A stretch of 64,000 bases of DNA from Callorhinchus milii (Eukaryota): contig NW_024704742.1 in assembly GCF_018977255.1 (NCBI RefSeq), forward strand, positions 64,048,001 through 64,112,000. The letters run 5' to 3'. A program made the translations under genes and the position numbers. Each line of letters opens with the position of its first letter. Position 1 is the first letter of the stretch. The notes under the pieces are model-generated. The model was not told the origin of the DNA, did not search any database, and worked only from the letters and a program-made list of their open reading frames with translations. Of this stretch, positions 1 through 11,581 are shown in pieces.

Positions 1-245
1 CAAATATTAATGATCCTTGAATTTCACACAGCACAGCAACAAACCACAGCAACTATAATATCAACACATTTCAAAGTGCCTCACTGGTAATTGTATAAAT
101 ATAAGTGACCATTCATTAGCTGGCAAAAAATGTAATGGTAATTTGAATACAGTAAAATACAAACAGCTATGAAGTGCCTGACTAATTTGTCTGGAGGATT
201 GCTGGCCAGGACACTGAACTAAACTCATTTCTCTTTTTGAAAACT

Positions 246-628
246 AATAATAACAATAATAATTTTTGCATTTGATATAGTGCCTGATCATGTCCTTGAG
301 ATGTCTCAAAGCGCTTCACAGAATATACTGTAAAGTGAATTGACTGTATATGACGTGGGTGAAATGCGGCAGCCAATTGGGCACAGCAGTGTCCCACAAA
401 CCGGCGTAGATTGAGTTATCAATTTATTATTATTATTTTTTTGAAGGAATTATTATCCCCGGAAAAGCAATCCGCCAATCAACTAACAACCGGGTTCCTA
501 CTTACTGGTAGGTAAACAAAGGCACGTGGAGTAAGAAAACTTGCCCATCATTTCACCCTGCTGGGAATCGAACCCAGATCTCTCGTTTACCAGGCGAGTG
601 CTCTAATCACTGAGCTACAGGACTCCAC
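246..628 (-). mobile_element. tRNA-derived SINE, family A, long variant
   Basis: Minus strand reads GGAGTCCTGTAGCTCAGTG (A box) to GGTTCGATTCC (B box), then a shared body and a 3' tail ending in (TTA)n. Many sibling copies occur in the window. It is nested in an older SINE (about 182-245 and 645-710). Confidence 0.9.
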
Positions 629-854
629 ATTGTAGCTTCACATTGCAATGTCATCTTTAATATCCATTTGAACAGGCAAGCAGAACCTTGGTTTATTGCT
701 TCACCTGAACGACATTAGATCCATTAGAGCTTGTTTTGGAGAGAGTGTTCCTTCTAATAGAGGTAAAAAGAAAAACTCACGATAATGGAAATCCGAAATA
801 AATGAAATGTCAGAAATCCAATCCAGAGCTGGTCAATAAGTGACAAATATATTA

Positions 855-3008
855 ATAACTGGGAAATTAGACTTAAGGATTTGACAGTAGACCAGCAATG
901 GCAGACATTTAAGAAGATAGTGCAAAATTCCCAGCAAGCACGTATTCCTTTGAGGAATAAGAATGCCACGGGAAAGGTAGCCCAACCGTGGCTAACTAGA
1001 GCAGTTAGGGAAAGTATAAAGTTAAAGGAAGAAGCCTATAAAACAGCTAAGGTGAGTAGGAAACCTGAGGATTGGGAGAACTTTAGGGATCAACAAAGGA
1101 GAACCAAAAAAGTGATTGAAAGGGCGAAAATGGAATGTGAGGGCAAACTAGCGAGGAACATAAAGACAGACTGCAAGAGTTCTTATAAATATATAAAGAG
1201 AAAGAGGCTGTCAAAGGTAAATGTTGGTCCGCTACAGGCAGAGACGGGGGACAAAGTAGGGGACAAAGACTGGCAGAGTCATTAAACAAGTACTTTGCTA
1301 CTGTCTTCACCTTAGAAGACACTGAAAACCTACCAAGAATAGAGGGGAACCAAGAAGACAATGTTAGCGAGCAACTTGGGGAATTAATATTAGTAAAGAA
1401 ATGGTTTTAGGTAAATTGTCAGGTCTTAAAACTGATAAATCTCCTGGACCTGATGGCCTACATCCTAGGGTTTTAAAAGAGGTGGCTACTGAGATAGTGG
1501 ATGGCTTGTCTTTGATCTTCCAAAATTCTCTGGATTCTGAAACGGTTCCCATTGATTGGAAGATTGCAAACGTAACACCACTATTTAAGAAGGGTGGGTG
1601 AGAAAAGATGGGGAACTATAGACCAGTTAGTCTGACATTAGTGGTAGGGAAAATTCTTGAGTCCTTAATTAAAGATGTCATTATGGGATTCCTGGAAGAC
1701 CATAACAAGATTAGGCAGAGTCAACATGGCTTTACAAAAGGGAAGTCATGCTTAACTAATCTTTTAAATTTTTTTTTTTTTGAAGATGTATCTAGCAGGT
1801 TAGATAGGGGGGAACCAGTAGATGTAGTACATTTAGATTATAAGAAGGCATTTGACAAAGTGCCACACAAAAGGCTATTGCACAAGGTTAAGGCCCACGG
1901 GATTAATGGGAATATATTAGCATGGATTGAAGAGTGGCTAGAAAACAGAGAATAGGGATAAACGGGACATTCTCGAATTGGCAGGATGTGACTAGTGGAG
2001 TGCCACAAGGATCAGTGCTTGGGCCTCAGCTATTTACAATTTACATCAATAATCTAGACGAGGACATTGAATGTAACGTATCTAAATTCGCGGTTGACAC
2101 TAAACTAGGTGGGAGGGTAAGCTCTGAGGATGATGCAAAAAGATTGCAACGGGATATAGATAGGCTCGGGGAGTGGGCGAGCAGGTGGCAGATGGAATTT
2201 AATGTGGGGAAGTGTGAAGTTATTCACCTAGGTAGAAAAAATAGAAAAACAGATTATTTTCTAGAGGGGAGGGATTAGATAGTGTTAGTGGTCAGAGGGA
2301 TTTGGGCGGACTTGTACACCAGTCTCAAAAAGTTAGTTTGCAGATGCAGCAACCAACTAAGAAGGCGAATGGCATGTTAGCGTTCATTGCAAAAGGTTTA
2401 GAGTACAAGAGTAGGGAAGTTTTGCTGCAACTGTATAGGGCTTTGGTGAGACCGCACCTAGAGTATTGTGTGCAGTTTTAGTCTCCTTATTTAAAAAAGG
2501 ACATACTTGCCTTAGAGGGGGTGCAGCGTAGATTCACTCGGTTAGTTCCTGGGATGAGGGGACTGACCTTTGAGGATAGGCTGAATAAACTAGGGCTATA
2601 TTCTCTAGAGTACAGAAGAATTAGGGGAGATCTTATTGAAACATATAAGATTCTTAAAGGGCTGGATAAAGTAGACACTGAGGGTCTGTTTCCCCTGGTA
2701 GGAGAATCTATAACCAGGGGTCACAGTCTTAAAATTAAGGGTCAGCCTTTTAGAACAAAGTTGAGGAAACATTTCTTCACTCAGAGGGTAGTGAATGTAT
2801 GGAAGGCTGTAGATGCTCAGTCCTTGAACATCTTCAAGGCTGAGACTGATAGATTTTTTAAAAATAGAGGGATTAGAGGATATGGGGATAGGGCAGGTAA
2901 TGAGAGTTAGGTCTGAAGATCAGCCACGATCTTATCGAATGGCGGGGCAGGCTCGAGGGGCCGAATGGCCTAATCCTGCTCCTAATTCTTATATTCTTAT
3001 GTTCTTAT
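855..3008 (+). mobile_element. CR1-clade LINE, 5'-truncated, ORF2 reverse transcriptase with frameshifts and stops
   Basis: Consecutive ORFs give [69 protein letters not shown] (degenerate FADD) and TRGHSLK. These are followed by a CR1 3' UTR and a TTCTTATATTCTTATGTTCTTA tail. Confidence 0.95.
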
Positions 3009-3474
3009 AATCTCCAAGAATGTGGTACTTCCCCAGTGCTGCACTGGAATTTCAGCCTAGACAGTAAGCTCAAGGTCCGAACATAGGCAAGATTCAGAGG
3101 CAAGATTGAGGCCAAGTGAATCAAGTCATGGCTGAGCTGCTGTTGATTTCTTTTCAATTACAGAACAAACTCCATATTTTGTCGTTTGAAATAAGAAGCT
3201 AAATTGACAAAAATACTGGGACTTTGCCTGCAAAAACATAATAAATTCAGCTGTGCAGCTTGCTAGGATTTGAAACAGCAGGAAACAATGTCTTCTTATC
3301 ATTTGGGTTTTCTTTTGTGTTCTATATTCAGAATAGTTCAGCTTCACTAATAGACACTACGTCACTCCGGTTGAATTAAGTCTACCACCAAGCTCCCACA
3401 TACGCGTGACTTATACATGACCCCATCGCACGGCTCTGTAATGAAATAAAAGAACAACAGTCTGCAACAGTCTT

Positions 3475-3840
3475 TGTGTTCAAAATCATGAGGGGTTTTG
3501 ACAGGTTCAATAGGGAGAAGGTATTTCCATTGATAGGTGAGTCAAAGACAAGGGGACATAGTTATAAGATTGTCACAAGAACAGTGAAAAAAATTTACAA
3601 GGAATTTGTTCACCCAGAGATTTGTTGCGTTGTAGAATGCTCTGTTGAGTTGGGTGGTGGAGGCAGAGTCCACTGTAGCTATCAAGAGGGAAGTAGACAG
3701 GCATATGAAGGAAAGGGACTTGAAGGGCTATGGGGATAAGGTGGGGCAGTGAGACTGAAGTGATCTATCTCCTTGTTCTGTGAACTGCTACGTTCTCAAT
3801 GGGCCAAGTGGCCTCCTTCAATACTGTAGATTTCTATGTT
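3475..3840 (+). mobile_element. Old CR1 LINE 3' fragment
   Basis: FKIMRGFDR...FPLIGESKTRGHSYKI matches the CR1 ORF2 C-terminus, followed by a diverged 3' UTR. Confidence 0.8.
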
Positions 3841-4311
3841 AATTGGGAGCTCTCAACCTCTGGGTCAATACATTGTAGATTCAAGCCCTGTGTCAGGACT
3901 TTGAGGTCACAGTCCAGGCCGACACTGCAGTTCAGCAGTAGGGGAGCATTGCATTTTCAGAGATAATGTCCTTTACCGATGCTGTAATTTCTTTCCCTCT
4001 TGTTGGTAAAACTATCTCACCATACAGTGCAAATTGCAATCTGTGATGTGTTAATACTGGTGTTAATTAACACATCATTGAAAAATGAAGTTAGTCAATA
4101 TCTTAACATATCAGCAGCTTGGGCAGTGTAACCTCCACCCCTCCATCCCCCAACTTTTATAATGGTTTGGTCTAAAGTCATCCATTGAACTGCTGAACAA
4201 CTTTGGTTGATAGAAGTCAATGTACAGCTTTGGCCCAACCTGAATTGATGGAGTTATTGGGGGAAAGGGCTGTCACACCTGTGGACCAGATCATAAATGA
4301 AGAGTGATCAT

Positions 4312-4655
4312 AGTAATAATAATCCTTTCATTTGATACAGCGCCTTATCACATCTTCGAGACATCTCAAAGCGTTTCGCAGAATGTACTGTAAAGTGAAT
4401 TGACTGTATATTTTGTGATTGAAACGTGGCAGCCATTTGCACACAGCAGTTTCCCACAAACAGTCATGGATTGAGTCATCAATTTTTTTTTTAAGAGTTT
4501 GTTATCCCCCTAAAAGTGATCCGCCATTTGAATAACAGCCGGGTTCCTACTTATTGCTGAGTAAACAGAGGCGTGTGGCATAAGGAAACTTGCCTAACTT
4601 TTCGCCCTGCCCGGGAATCGAACCCAGGTCCTCTTGCTTGCGAGGTAATCGCTCT
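4312..4655 (-). mobile_element. SINE family A, long variant, tRNA head truncated
   Basis: Tail, body and B box are present. Homology stops mid-head at about 4655, where the GC-rich cassette begins. Confidence 0.85.
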
Positions 4656-4656
4656 C

Positions 4657-4835
4657 GTCGGGAGCGGAGTCAGGAGAGCGAGGGGCGGAACCGAGACCTA
4701 GCTGCGTGTATAAAGCACAGCCAGGTGAGGAGCCACTCAGTCAGGAGCGGAGTCAGGAGCTGAGGTAAGTGAGGGAGCCGGTGGGGGGGGGGGGGGGGGC
4801 GCGTTTCATAAACTGACGTCGACATGACGTCACAG
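4657..4835 (+). promoter_or_regulatory. Pol II core-promoter-like cassette (GC box, TATA, Inr, splice donor, two CRE-like sites), probably retroelement 5' UTR
   Basis: GGGGCGGA 4682-4689; TATAAAG 4709-4715; TCAGTC Inr with A at 4739 (TATA at -30); GAG|GTAAGT donor at 4765; TGACGTCG 4814-4821 and TGACGTCA 4825-4832. Confidence 0.55.
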
Positions 4836-4874
4836 TTAAAAAAAAACAATAACAACAACAAAAACAACAACAAT

Positions 4875-6875
4875 GTCCTAGCAGCCCCTGGCATTGCCAT
4901 CCCGGCCATGACCTGGGAGGCTGAGCCTGAGGGCTGATGCCGTTCTGCTGATCGCTCGCTCCTGGTCTCTGCGTGCACGTTTTGGCTGCCGCCCCAACCC
5001 CAGCCTCCCCCTCCACTATAAATGTGTCTCCTCCCACCCCCCTCTATGTCTCTCCTCCCACCCCCCTCTATCCACTACTCCCCCTCTGTCCTTCTTTCCC
5101 ACCGCCCTCCCCGCCTTCTCTCTCTCCTCGACTCGATCACCACTTCCCTCTGCTCCAGCCTGGGCATCTTCTGCCGGGCCCATCATGGCTCCTGGCACTG
5201 GCTGTCCCAGAGCAGCAACCCCACGTGTCCAATTATTCACTCCCTCCGCTCAAACCGCCTCCTTAAGGCAAACCCAACTCCCCCTCCCTCATACATACCC
5301 TCCCCAACTCTCCACTCACACCACTCTCCACAACCATCTCTCCTGTACACTCCAAAATCCCCTCCACATTACTCTCTCCTCCCTCTCCTCCCTCCCGTCC
5401 TTCCAGCAAACCCACCTGCATTTCCCTCCAAAACATCCGTTCCCTCTCAAATAAAGCCCTCACCATCCACAACCTCATCCTGGACGAGCACCTTGACATT
5501 CTTGGGCTCACCGAAACCTGGCTCTCTCCCACTGACCCCGTCCCCCGAGTGGAAGCCTCCCCTCCAGGCTACACCTTCCACCACACCCCCCATCCAAACC
5601 AACATGGCGGCGGGGTGGCCTTCATTTCCAAAGCCTCCCTTGGTCTTACTCCCTACTCCTCTGGATGCTTCCCCTCTTTTGAGCACCTCACCCTCTTCCA
5701 CCCCTCTCCCATTGAAAATCCTCCTTGTCTACCGCCCTCCTAAGCCCCCCGGCTCCTTCCACACAGACATCTCTATTTTCCTCTCTTCCCTGTCCCTCTG
5801 CTCCGAGCGCCTGCTCATAATGGGCAATTTCAACCTCCACCTAAATTTCCCTTGCACCACTTCTGCCGACTTCACTGCCCTCCTCTCCTCTCTAAACCTC
5901 ACCCTTCATATAAACTCACCCACCCACAACTGTGGTCATGCTTTTGACCTCGTTATCGCCCACGGCCTTGACATTTCCGACCTTAGCATAGTGGACAAGG
6001 CCATCTCGGACCACTTTTTCATCTCCTTCTCCTCCTTCTCCTCTCACATCCCTCTCTCTTCCACCAAGCCCTCAACCATCCTCTGCCGCCTTGGAAAAGT
6101 CTACCCCCTGAGACCCTCACAAAGGCCCTCGCATCATAAAACATCCTATCCCTCTGGCCTTCCACCCACGGAGATCCAGAAGCAGCCATTCAGCTGCTCC
6201 AAGATCGCCTCTCCTCCACCTTCAACTCCCTCGTGCCCTGAAATCCAGGACCATCTCCAAACCCAACCAATTCCCCTGGTACAGCAACCATCTCCGCCGA
6301 TGGTGCTTTGCTCGAGCACAGATGGCGGAAAACTGGCCTAACAGTCTACTACCAACTGTGGCTCGAGCATCTCCACAGCTACCGCCGTTCCTTGGCATGC
6401 GCAAAAACGGCCTTCTACTCCAACATCATCTTAGAGGCTAAACAAGACACTAAAATCCTTTTTTCCACCACCCACTACCTCCTCCGTGCCCCCCCTCAGG
6501 CCTCCTCAATCTTCATATCAAATGCCAAGTGTGAGGAGGTCATGGACTTATTTTCATCTAAAATTCACAACATCCATCAGACAGCTTCATCCACCTGTCT
6601 CTTGTCACCACCACACCCTCTCTGTGCCCTTCATCCTTCCCATCATCTGCTCCTACCACGACCCCCCATCCTACATTCCTTCCTCCCCATCTCTCACTCC
6701 TCCCTCTCACCCACCATCACAGTCGATCACGCCATCCTCCTCCACCACCTTTCCTCCATCGACCCCCTCCCCACCAACTTGCTGGTCACCCAGCTCCCCT
6801 TCCTCTGCCCACTACTGGCTGACATCATCAACCAATCCCTCTGCTCCGGATCAGTCCCTGCCTCCCAAAACTGCA
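4875..6875 (+). mobile_element. L2-clade LINE 5' half (leader and APE endonuclease), 3'-truncated, frameshifted
   Basis: Across frames: IHNLILDEHLDILGLTETWL, HGGGVA, VYRPPK, IMGNFNLH, PTHNCGHAFDLV, ISDHFFI, DPLPT. The sense strand is strongly C-rich. It is homologous to the L2 at 31900-34462 and ends before the RT core. Confidence 0.9.
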
Positions 6876-7956
6876 ATTTTTTTTTTCAATTGCATAAACT
6901 GCAGTTGCAAATCTGAGGCTCCACAGGGTGTGTGAATTATACATTCAAGGCACTGAAAATGATCAGAAAGACCAGTGACAATTAAAGTCTGACAGCATGG
7001 AATATAATCAATATAATTTAAGTGCAAATCAAAAGCTAATGTGAAGCATTCAAAACTCCAGGAAGATGGTTTGATGTCAGATTGATTCAAGCAGCCTGGG
7101 GAGAGAACAGAGCCCATCGATCACTCTCATCAAAAACAAAGTGTGCTTTTTTTCACAATCCATTTTGCCACCTTGCTTTTAAAATTGTGAACTTTCGGAA
7201 GAGTTTGCACGTAATTTGGGCTAATAGAAGCATTGCAACACACGCTGGGTTAGCGAAGCATAGCGTTGAATTAATTGACGCAAAGGAAGAAGGTCAAGCA
7301 CAAACCTTTTGAGACATTTACACAGAATCATAGAATTTTCAGCGCGGAAGGAGGCCTTTCGGATCATTGTGCCTGCGACATCTCCCTGTAAGCGTTATCC
7401 CTTTAGTTCCACTTCAATGCCTTTTCCCTACCCACTTTTATATTTTTTCCTTTTGAAATATTCACCAACAAAATACAGACATTACACTTATCCTGTATAT
7501 CCTGTGTGAACTGCTTTAAGATGTCCTCCCTACATAAAAGGCACTATACCAAATGAAAGGATTATGATTATTATTATTATTTGTCTAAATTCCCTTTTAA
7601 AAGACATTATGGATTCTGCTGCAACCACAGTTCTGTTGAGTTATCCATGTCCTAATAACTATGTAACCATTTTATCTCCCTTTATTTCCAGAGATTTCTA
7701 GCATAAGAGGTCTATTGGCTCATTGAGTTTATACTGTTTCTAGCTCATCCGCTAGACTATGTGCTGTGCTAAAGAATCCTTAAAGTTGCTTTTATTCACA
7801 AAGTAAAAACCTAAGGTATTTGTTGGGGTTTTGGAGCAGTCTATCTTCTGGCAAAAACAGGAGAAAATTGAGGGGGGGTGTGTGGGTGGGGGTTGGGGGG
7901 ATTTTGACTAAAGAAAGGGTAAATTCAGTGAAAATCAGTAAAAATCTGCGGTTATA

Positions 7957-8275
7957 AATAATAATAATAATCCTTGCATTTGATATAGCGCTTTTCATGT
8001 CAGGAGGACGTCCCAAAGTGCTTCACAGAACACACTGTAAAGTGAATTGACTGTATATTTGTGGGCGAACGCGGCAGCCAATTGCGCACAGCAATGTCCC
8101 ACAAACAGTCATAGATTGAAAATGACCAATTTTTATTATTGTTTTAGGTTTTTGGATTGATTATTATTAGGCGTGTGGAGTAAGGAAACTTGCCCAAGGT
8201 TTCGCCCTGCCTGGAATTGAACTCAGGTCTCTTGCTTGCAAAGCGAGTGCTCTAACCACTGAGCTACAGGACTCC
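7957..8275 (-). mobile_element. SINE family A, short young variant, full length
   Basis: Near-identical to copies at 29147, 42459, 47849 and 51040. tRNA-like head with TGC in the anticodon loop. Confidence 0.92.
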
Positions 8276-8544
8276 ATGGTTTACATTTTCTGTCCATGTT
8301 AAAGATACTCAGAGAACAAACAGCACAACATGCTCACAGCCCAACTCAAACCAATCCCTTACTCTCAGGTCACTAGTAAGAAGCAAAAGTGATTCTGGAG
8401 ACAATTATGACTATTAGGCCCCAAAAACAGGTCCTGAAGCAGGTTACTACCTTTATCTAAGGTTATCTATGCACTATCCCAGGGTTCAGTGATCATTTAT
8501 TCACCCACAAAATACAGTCACTCCACTTTACAATATATTAAGAA

Positions 8545-9315
8545 CATAAGAACATAAAAAGGACTTTTTGTCCCCATGTGAAATACTTTACATTTCAGTG
8601 AAATTCATCATCTGCCCAATGCCCAAGTATATTCAAGTCCTCCTGTAACCTATCTTGTTCATCCTTGTAATCTACCACCTTCATTAACTTGGTGTCATCT
8701 CCAAACTTAGCCACTGTGCTTGTGACTCCTAGTTCCAGATGATTTATAAAAATATTAAACAAAAGAGGTCCCAAAACAGATACTTGTGGGACACTATGGC
8801 TAACATTTTCCCAGTCTGATGACATTCCCTGAACGACCACCCTCTGGGTTCTTCTGGTCAACCAGTTACATGTCCATTCTCCTCCACTGATTCCCATTTT
8901 CTTTACTTTCAGTCCCACCTTTGAAGAGGATCTATATCAAAGGTCTTACTGAAATCCAGATATACAATATCCACAGCCTTACCCTTATCAAGCTCTTTTG
9001 TCACACCTCAAAGAAACTCAGTAAATTAGATTACTGGGATTAATTTTCCATACATATTATTTTCCTTCCGTTCAAATAATAGTCCCTTCCAGGATTTTTT
9101 ATCCCCATGTGAAGTACTTTACATTTCTCCACATTGAATTTCATCTGCCACCGATCTGCCCAATGTTCAAATCCTCCTATCTTGTTCAGTTTCGCAATCT
9201 ACCACCTTTATTAACTTGATGTCATCTGCAAACTTAGCCACTGTGCTTGCGACTCGTAGTTCCAGATCAATTATAAAAATATTAAACAAAACAGATCCGA
9301 AAACAAACTTGTGGA
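8545..9315 (-). mobile_element. CR1 LINE RT fragments (two partly duplicated pieces)
   Basis: [18 protein letters not shown]...KFGDDTKL at 8595-8918 and SVLFNIFIIDLE...KFADDIKL at 9167-9315. AAGAACATAAGAACAT (the tail on the minus strand) at about 8540. Confidence 0.85.
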
Positions 9316-9683
9316 TATTCTGTGAAGCACTTTGAGATGTCTCAACAATGTGATAAAGCTCTAAATAAAATGCAAGGATTATTCTTCTAATATTATTATT
9401 GAACGACTCAAAGAACTTCATGAGATTTTCTGTAAAGTACAGTGACTGTGTATTTTATAATTGAACATGGCAGCCAATTAGTGCACAGCAATGTCCCACA
9501 AAAAGCGAATATCCAATTTTTACCTGGGGGACTGTTGGCCAGGACACTAGGAGAAACTCCCTTCTCTTTTCAAATAGTTTCATAGGATCTTTAACCTGAA
9601 CTGAGGGATGGTGCATTTGTTTAGCATTTCATCCAAAGGACAACAACTCCGACAATGTCGAACTCCCCCTACACTGTTTTTTC

Positions 9684-10845
9684 AACATCAACAACAACAA
9701 TAAATTCCATTTATAAAGCACATTTCACATTGGGAGGACATCTCAAGGAACTGGACAATAAGAGGTTTGCACCCAAACTGCAGTTTGGGATCAGAGAGGG
9801 GGTAGAGGGCAAGGGTGGGGGGAGTGGACGAAAAGGGAGGGGGTGGAGAGCAAGAGGGAGTGGTGAGCAAGCGGGTAGAGGGCAAGGGGGAATGGAGGGT
9901 AATGGTGGGTGGAAGTTAAGGGTGGGTGGAGGCCAAGAGGGGAGGGGGGTGCAGGGCAAGGGGGTGGAGGGCAATGGAGGGGTGGAGGGTAAGGGGGGGT
10001 GGAGGGTATGTGGGGTGGAGGGCAACAGGGTGGAGTGCAAGGGGAGGATGCAGGGCAAGGGGGGTGGAGGGCAAGGGGGGGTGGAGGGTAAGTGGGGTGG
10101 AGGGCAATGGGGCTTGGAGGGCAAGGGGGGATGCAGGGCAAGGGGGGTGGAGGGCAAGGGGTGGGAGGAGGGAAGATGACTGAAGGCACGGTCGAAAAGG
10201 AAGGTCTTGAGATGGGCCTTGAAGTAGTCAACGGAGGGGGCAAGGCTGAGGGTCTCTAGGGTGGAGTTCCAGAGGGTGGAGGCAGAAAGCCTGAAGGCCC
10301 GACCACCAATAGTGAGCAGCCAGTACCCGCAGAACAGAGGGAACTGACAGGTTGGTGAAGTTTTAACAGGTCACATACAACAACAAGATTCCATTTATAG
10401 AGCGCCTTTCACATCGGGAGGACGTCCCAAAGCGCTGGACAGTTGGGTCAGGACCCGAACATTGGGGGGGAAATGGTCGGGAGGGAGGAGCAAGGCTTTG
10501 GGGGTCTTCAATGGTGAGGACCAGGATCTTGAACTCGATCCTCTGGAGGATGGGGAACCAATGAAGCTGGGCAAGGATGGGGGTGATCGGCTCATGAAGC
10601 TTACTGTGGGAGTGGATATGAGCTGCAGAGCTACAGAGTTCTGAATAATCTACAGCTTGTGGCAGAAAGAGTTGTGAAGTCTGGCGAGCAGGGAGTTAGT
10701 GTAGTCAAGCCTGGATGTAATGAAAGTGTGGATGAGGGTTTCAGCAGCCTGAAGAGACCGAGAGTGTCAGAAGCAGGCAATGTTGCAGATGTGGGGGAAG
10801 GCAGAACCGATAATGGCGTTGATGTTGGGTTTAAAGGATAATCAG
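9684..10845 (-). mobile_element. Composite of L2 3' ends (older copy with a short young L2 tail at about 10378-10495)
   Basis: Two L2 terminal stem-loops (GCGCTTTGGGACGTCCTCCCGATGTGAAAGGCGC type) with (GTT)n tails, plus the L2 ORF2 C-terminal region. Confidence 0.8.
9797..10170. repeat. G-rich minisatellite, unit about 16-17 bp (GGGGTGGAGGGCAAGG)
   Basis: Roughly 20 degenerate tandem copies are visible directly, inside an L2 3' UTR. Confidence 0.9.
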
Positions 10846-11309
10846 CCTAGACTGTTGAGTTCAAACTCACCAAAAGGGCTTAAACCCAGAAACTAATGAC
10901 TCAAAGGCGAGGGTGCTGAGACCTGAAATGATTCTGCAATAAGAGCGGCCGGTTGAGAATATCAAAAGTATTTTTGAGATTCAAACTTTAAATAAAAATA
11001 CTGCAGCAGCTTTTGAAGTGAGTATATTTCAGTTCAAAAGCCCACTCACATCCTCATCATTGATATCACAGAGTGAAGCCAGCAGGAGCCCTTTTAGGCT
11101 GTTATTTAAATCTTATTTAACTTTTCAGGGCTTGTAGTACCTTTGCGGATAGTGAATTAATAGACACTCAGTATAATATTAATTTTCAACCAGTTCATAA
11201 AAGTTCATAAACAGCAATTATGAACTTGACTGGATTGTACAAAATTGTGATTAAGATAAAAACAAGTGTGTGGTTCTTCACTTCTCAGATTCGTTTCTCT
11301 AGCTGTATA

Positions 11310-11581
11310 TAATAATAATAATAATAATCCTTGCCTTTGAGATAGCGCCTTATCGTGTTGCTGAGATGTCTGAAAGCATTCACAGAATTCATTGTAAAGT
11401 GGATCGACTGTGTATTGTGTGGGCAAAATGCGGCAGCCAATTGCGCACAGCGGAGTCCCACAAACAGTCGTGGATTGAGTGGCCAACCAAATTTTTTTTT
11501 GGAAAGCAATCCGTCAATTGATTAACAACTGGGTTCCTACTAACTGCTAGGTAAATAGAGGTGTGTGAAATAAGGAAACTT
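11310..11581 (-). mobile_element. SINE family A, long variant, head missing
   Basis: (TTA)n tail, stem-loop and body match sibling copies. Confidence 0.85.

Noticed and set aside
5022..6341. 439-aa Pro/Ser-rich ORF as a host gene
   Set aside because: It is frameshifted L2 ORF2. The low complexity reflects the C-rich L2 strand.
9655..10243. Gly-rich and Pro-rich ORFs; CRISPR-like periodicity
   Set aside because: These are translations of a minisatellite. There are no unique spacers and no cas genes, and the context is eukaryotic.
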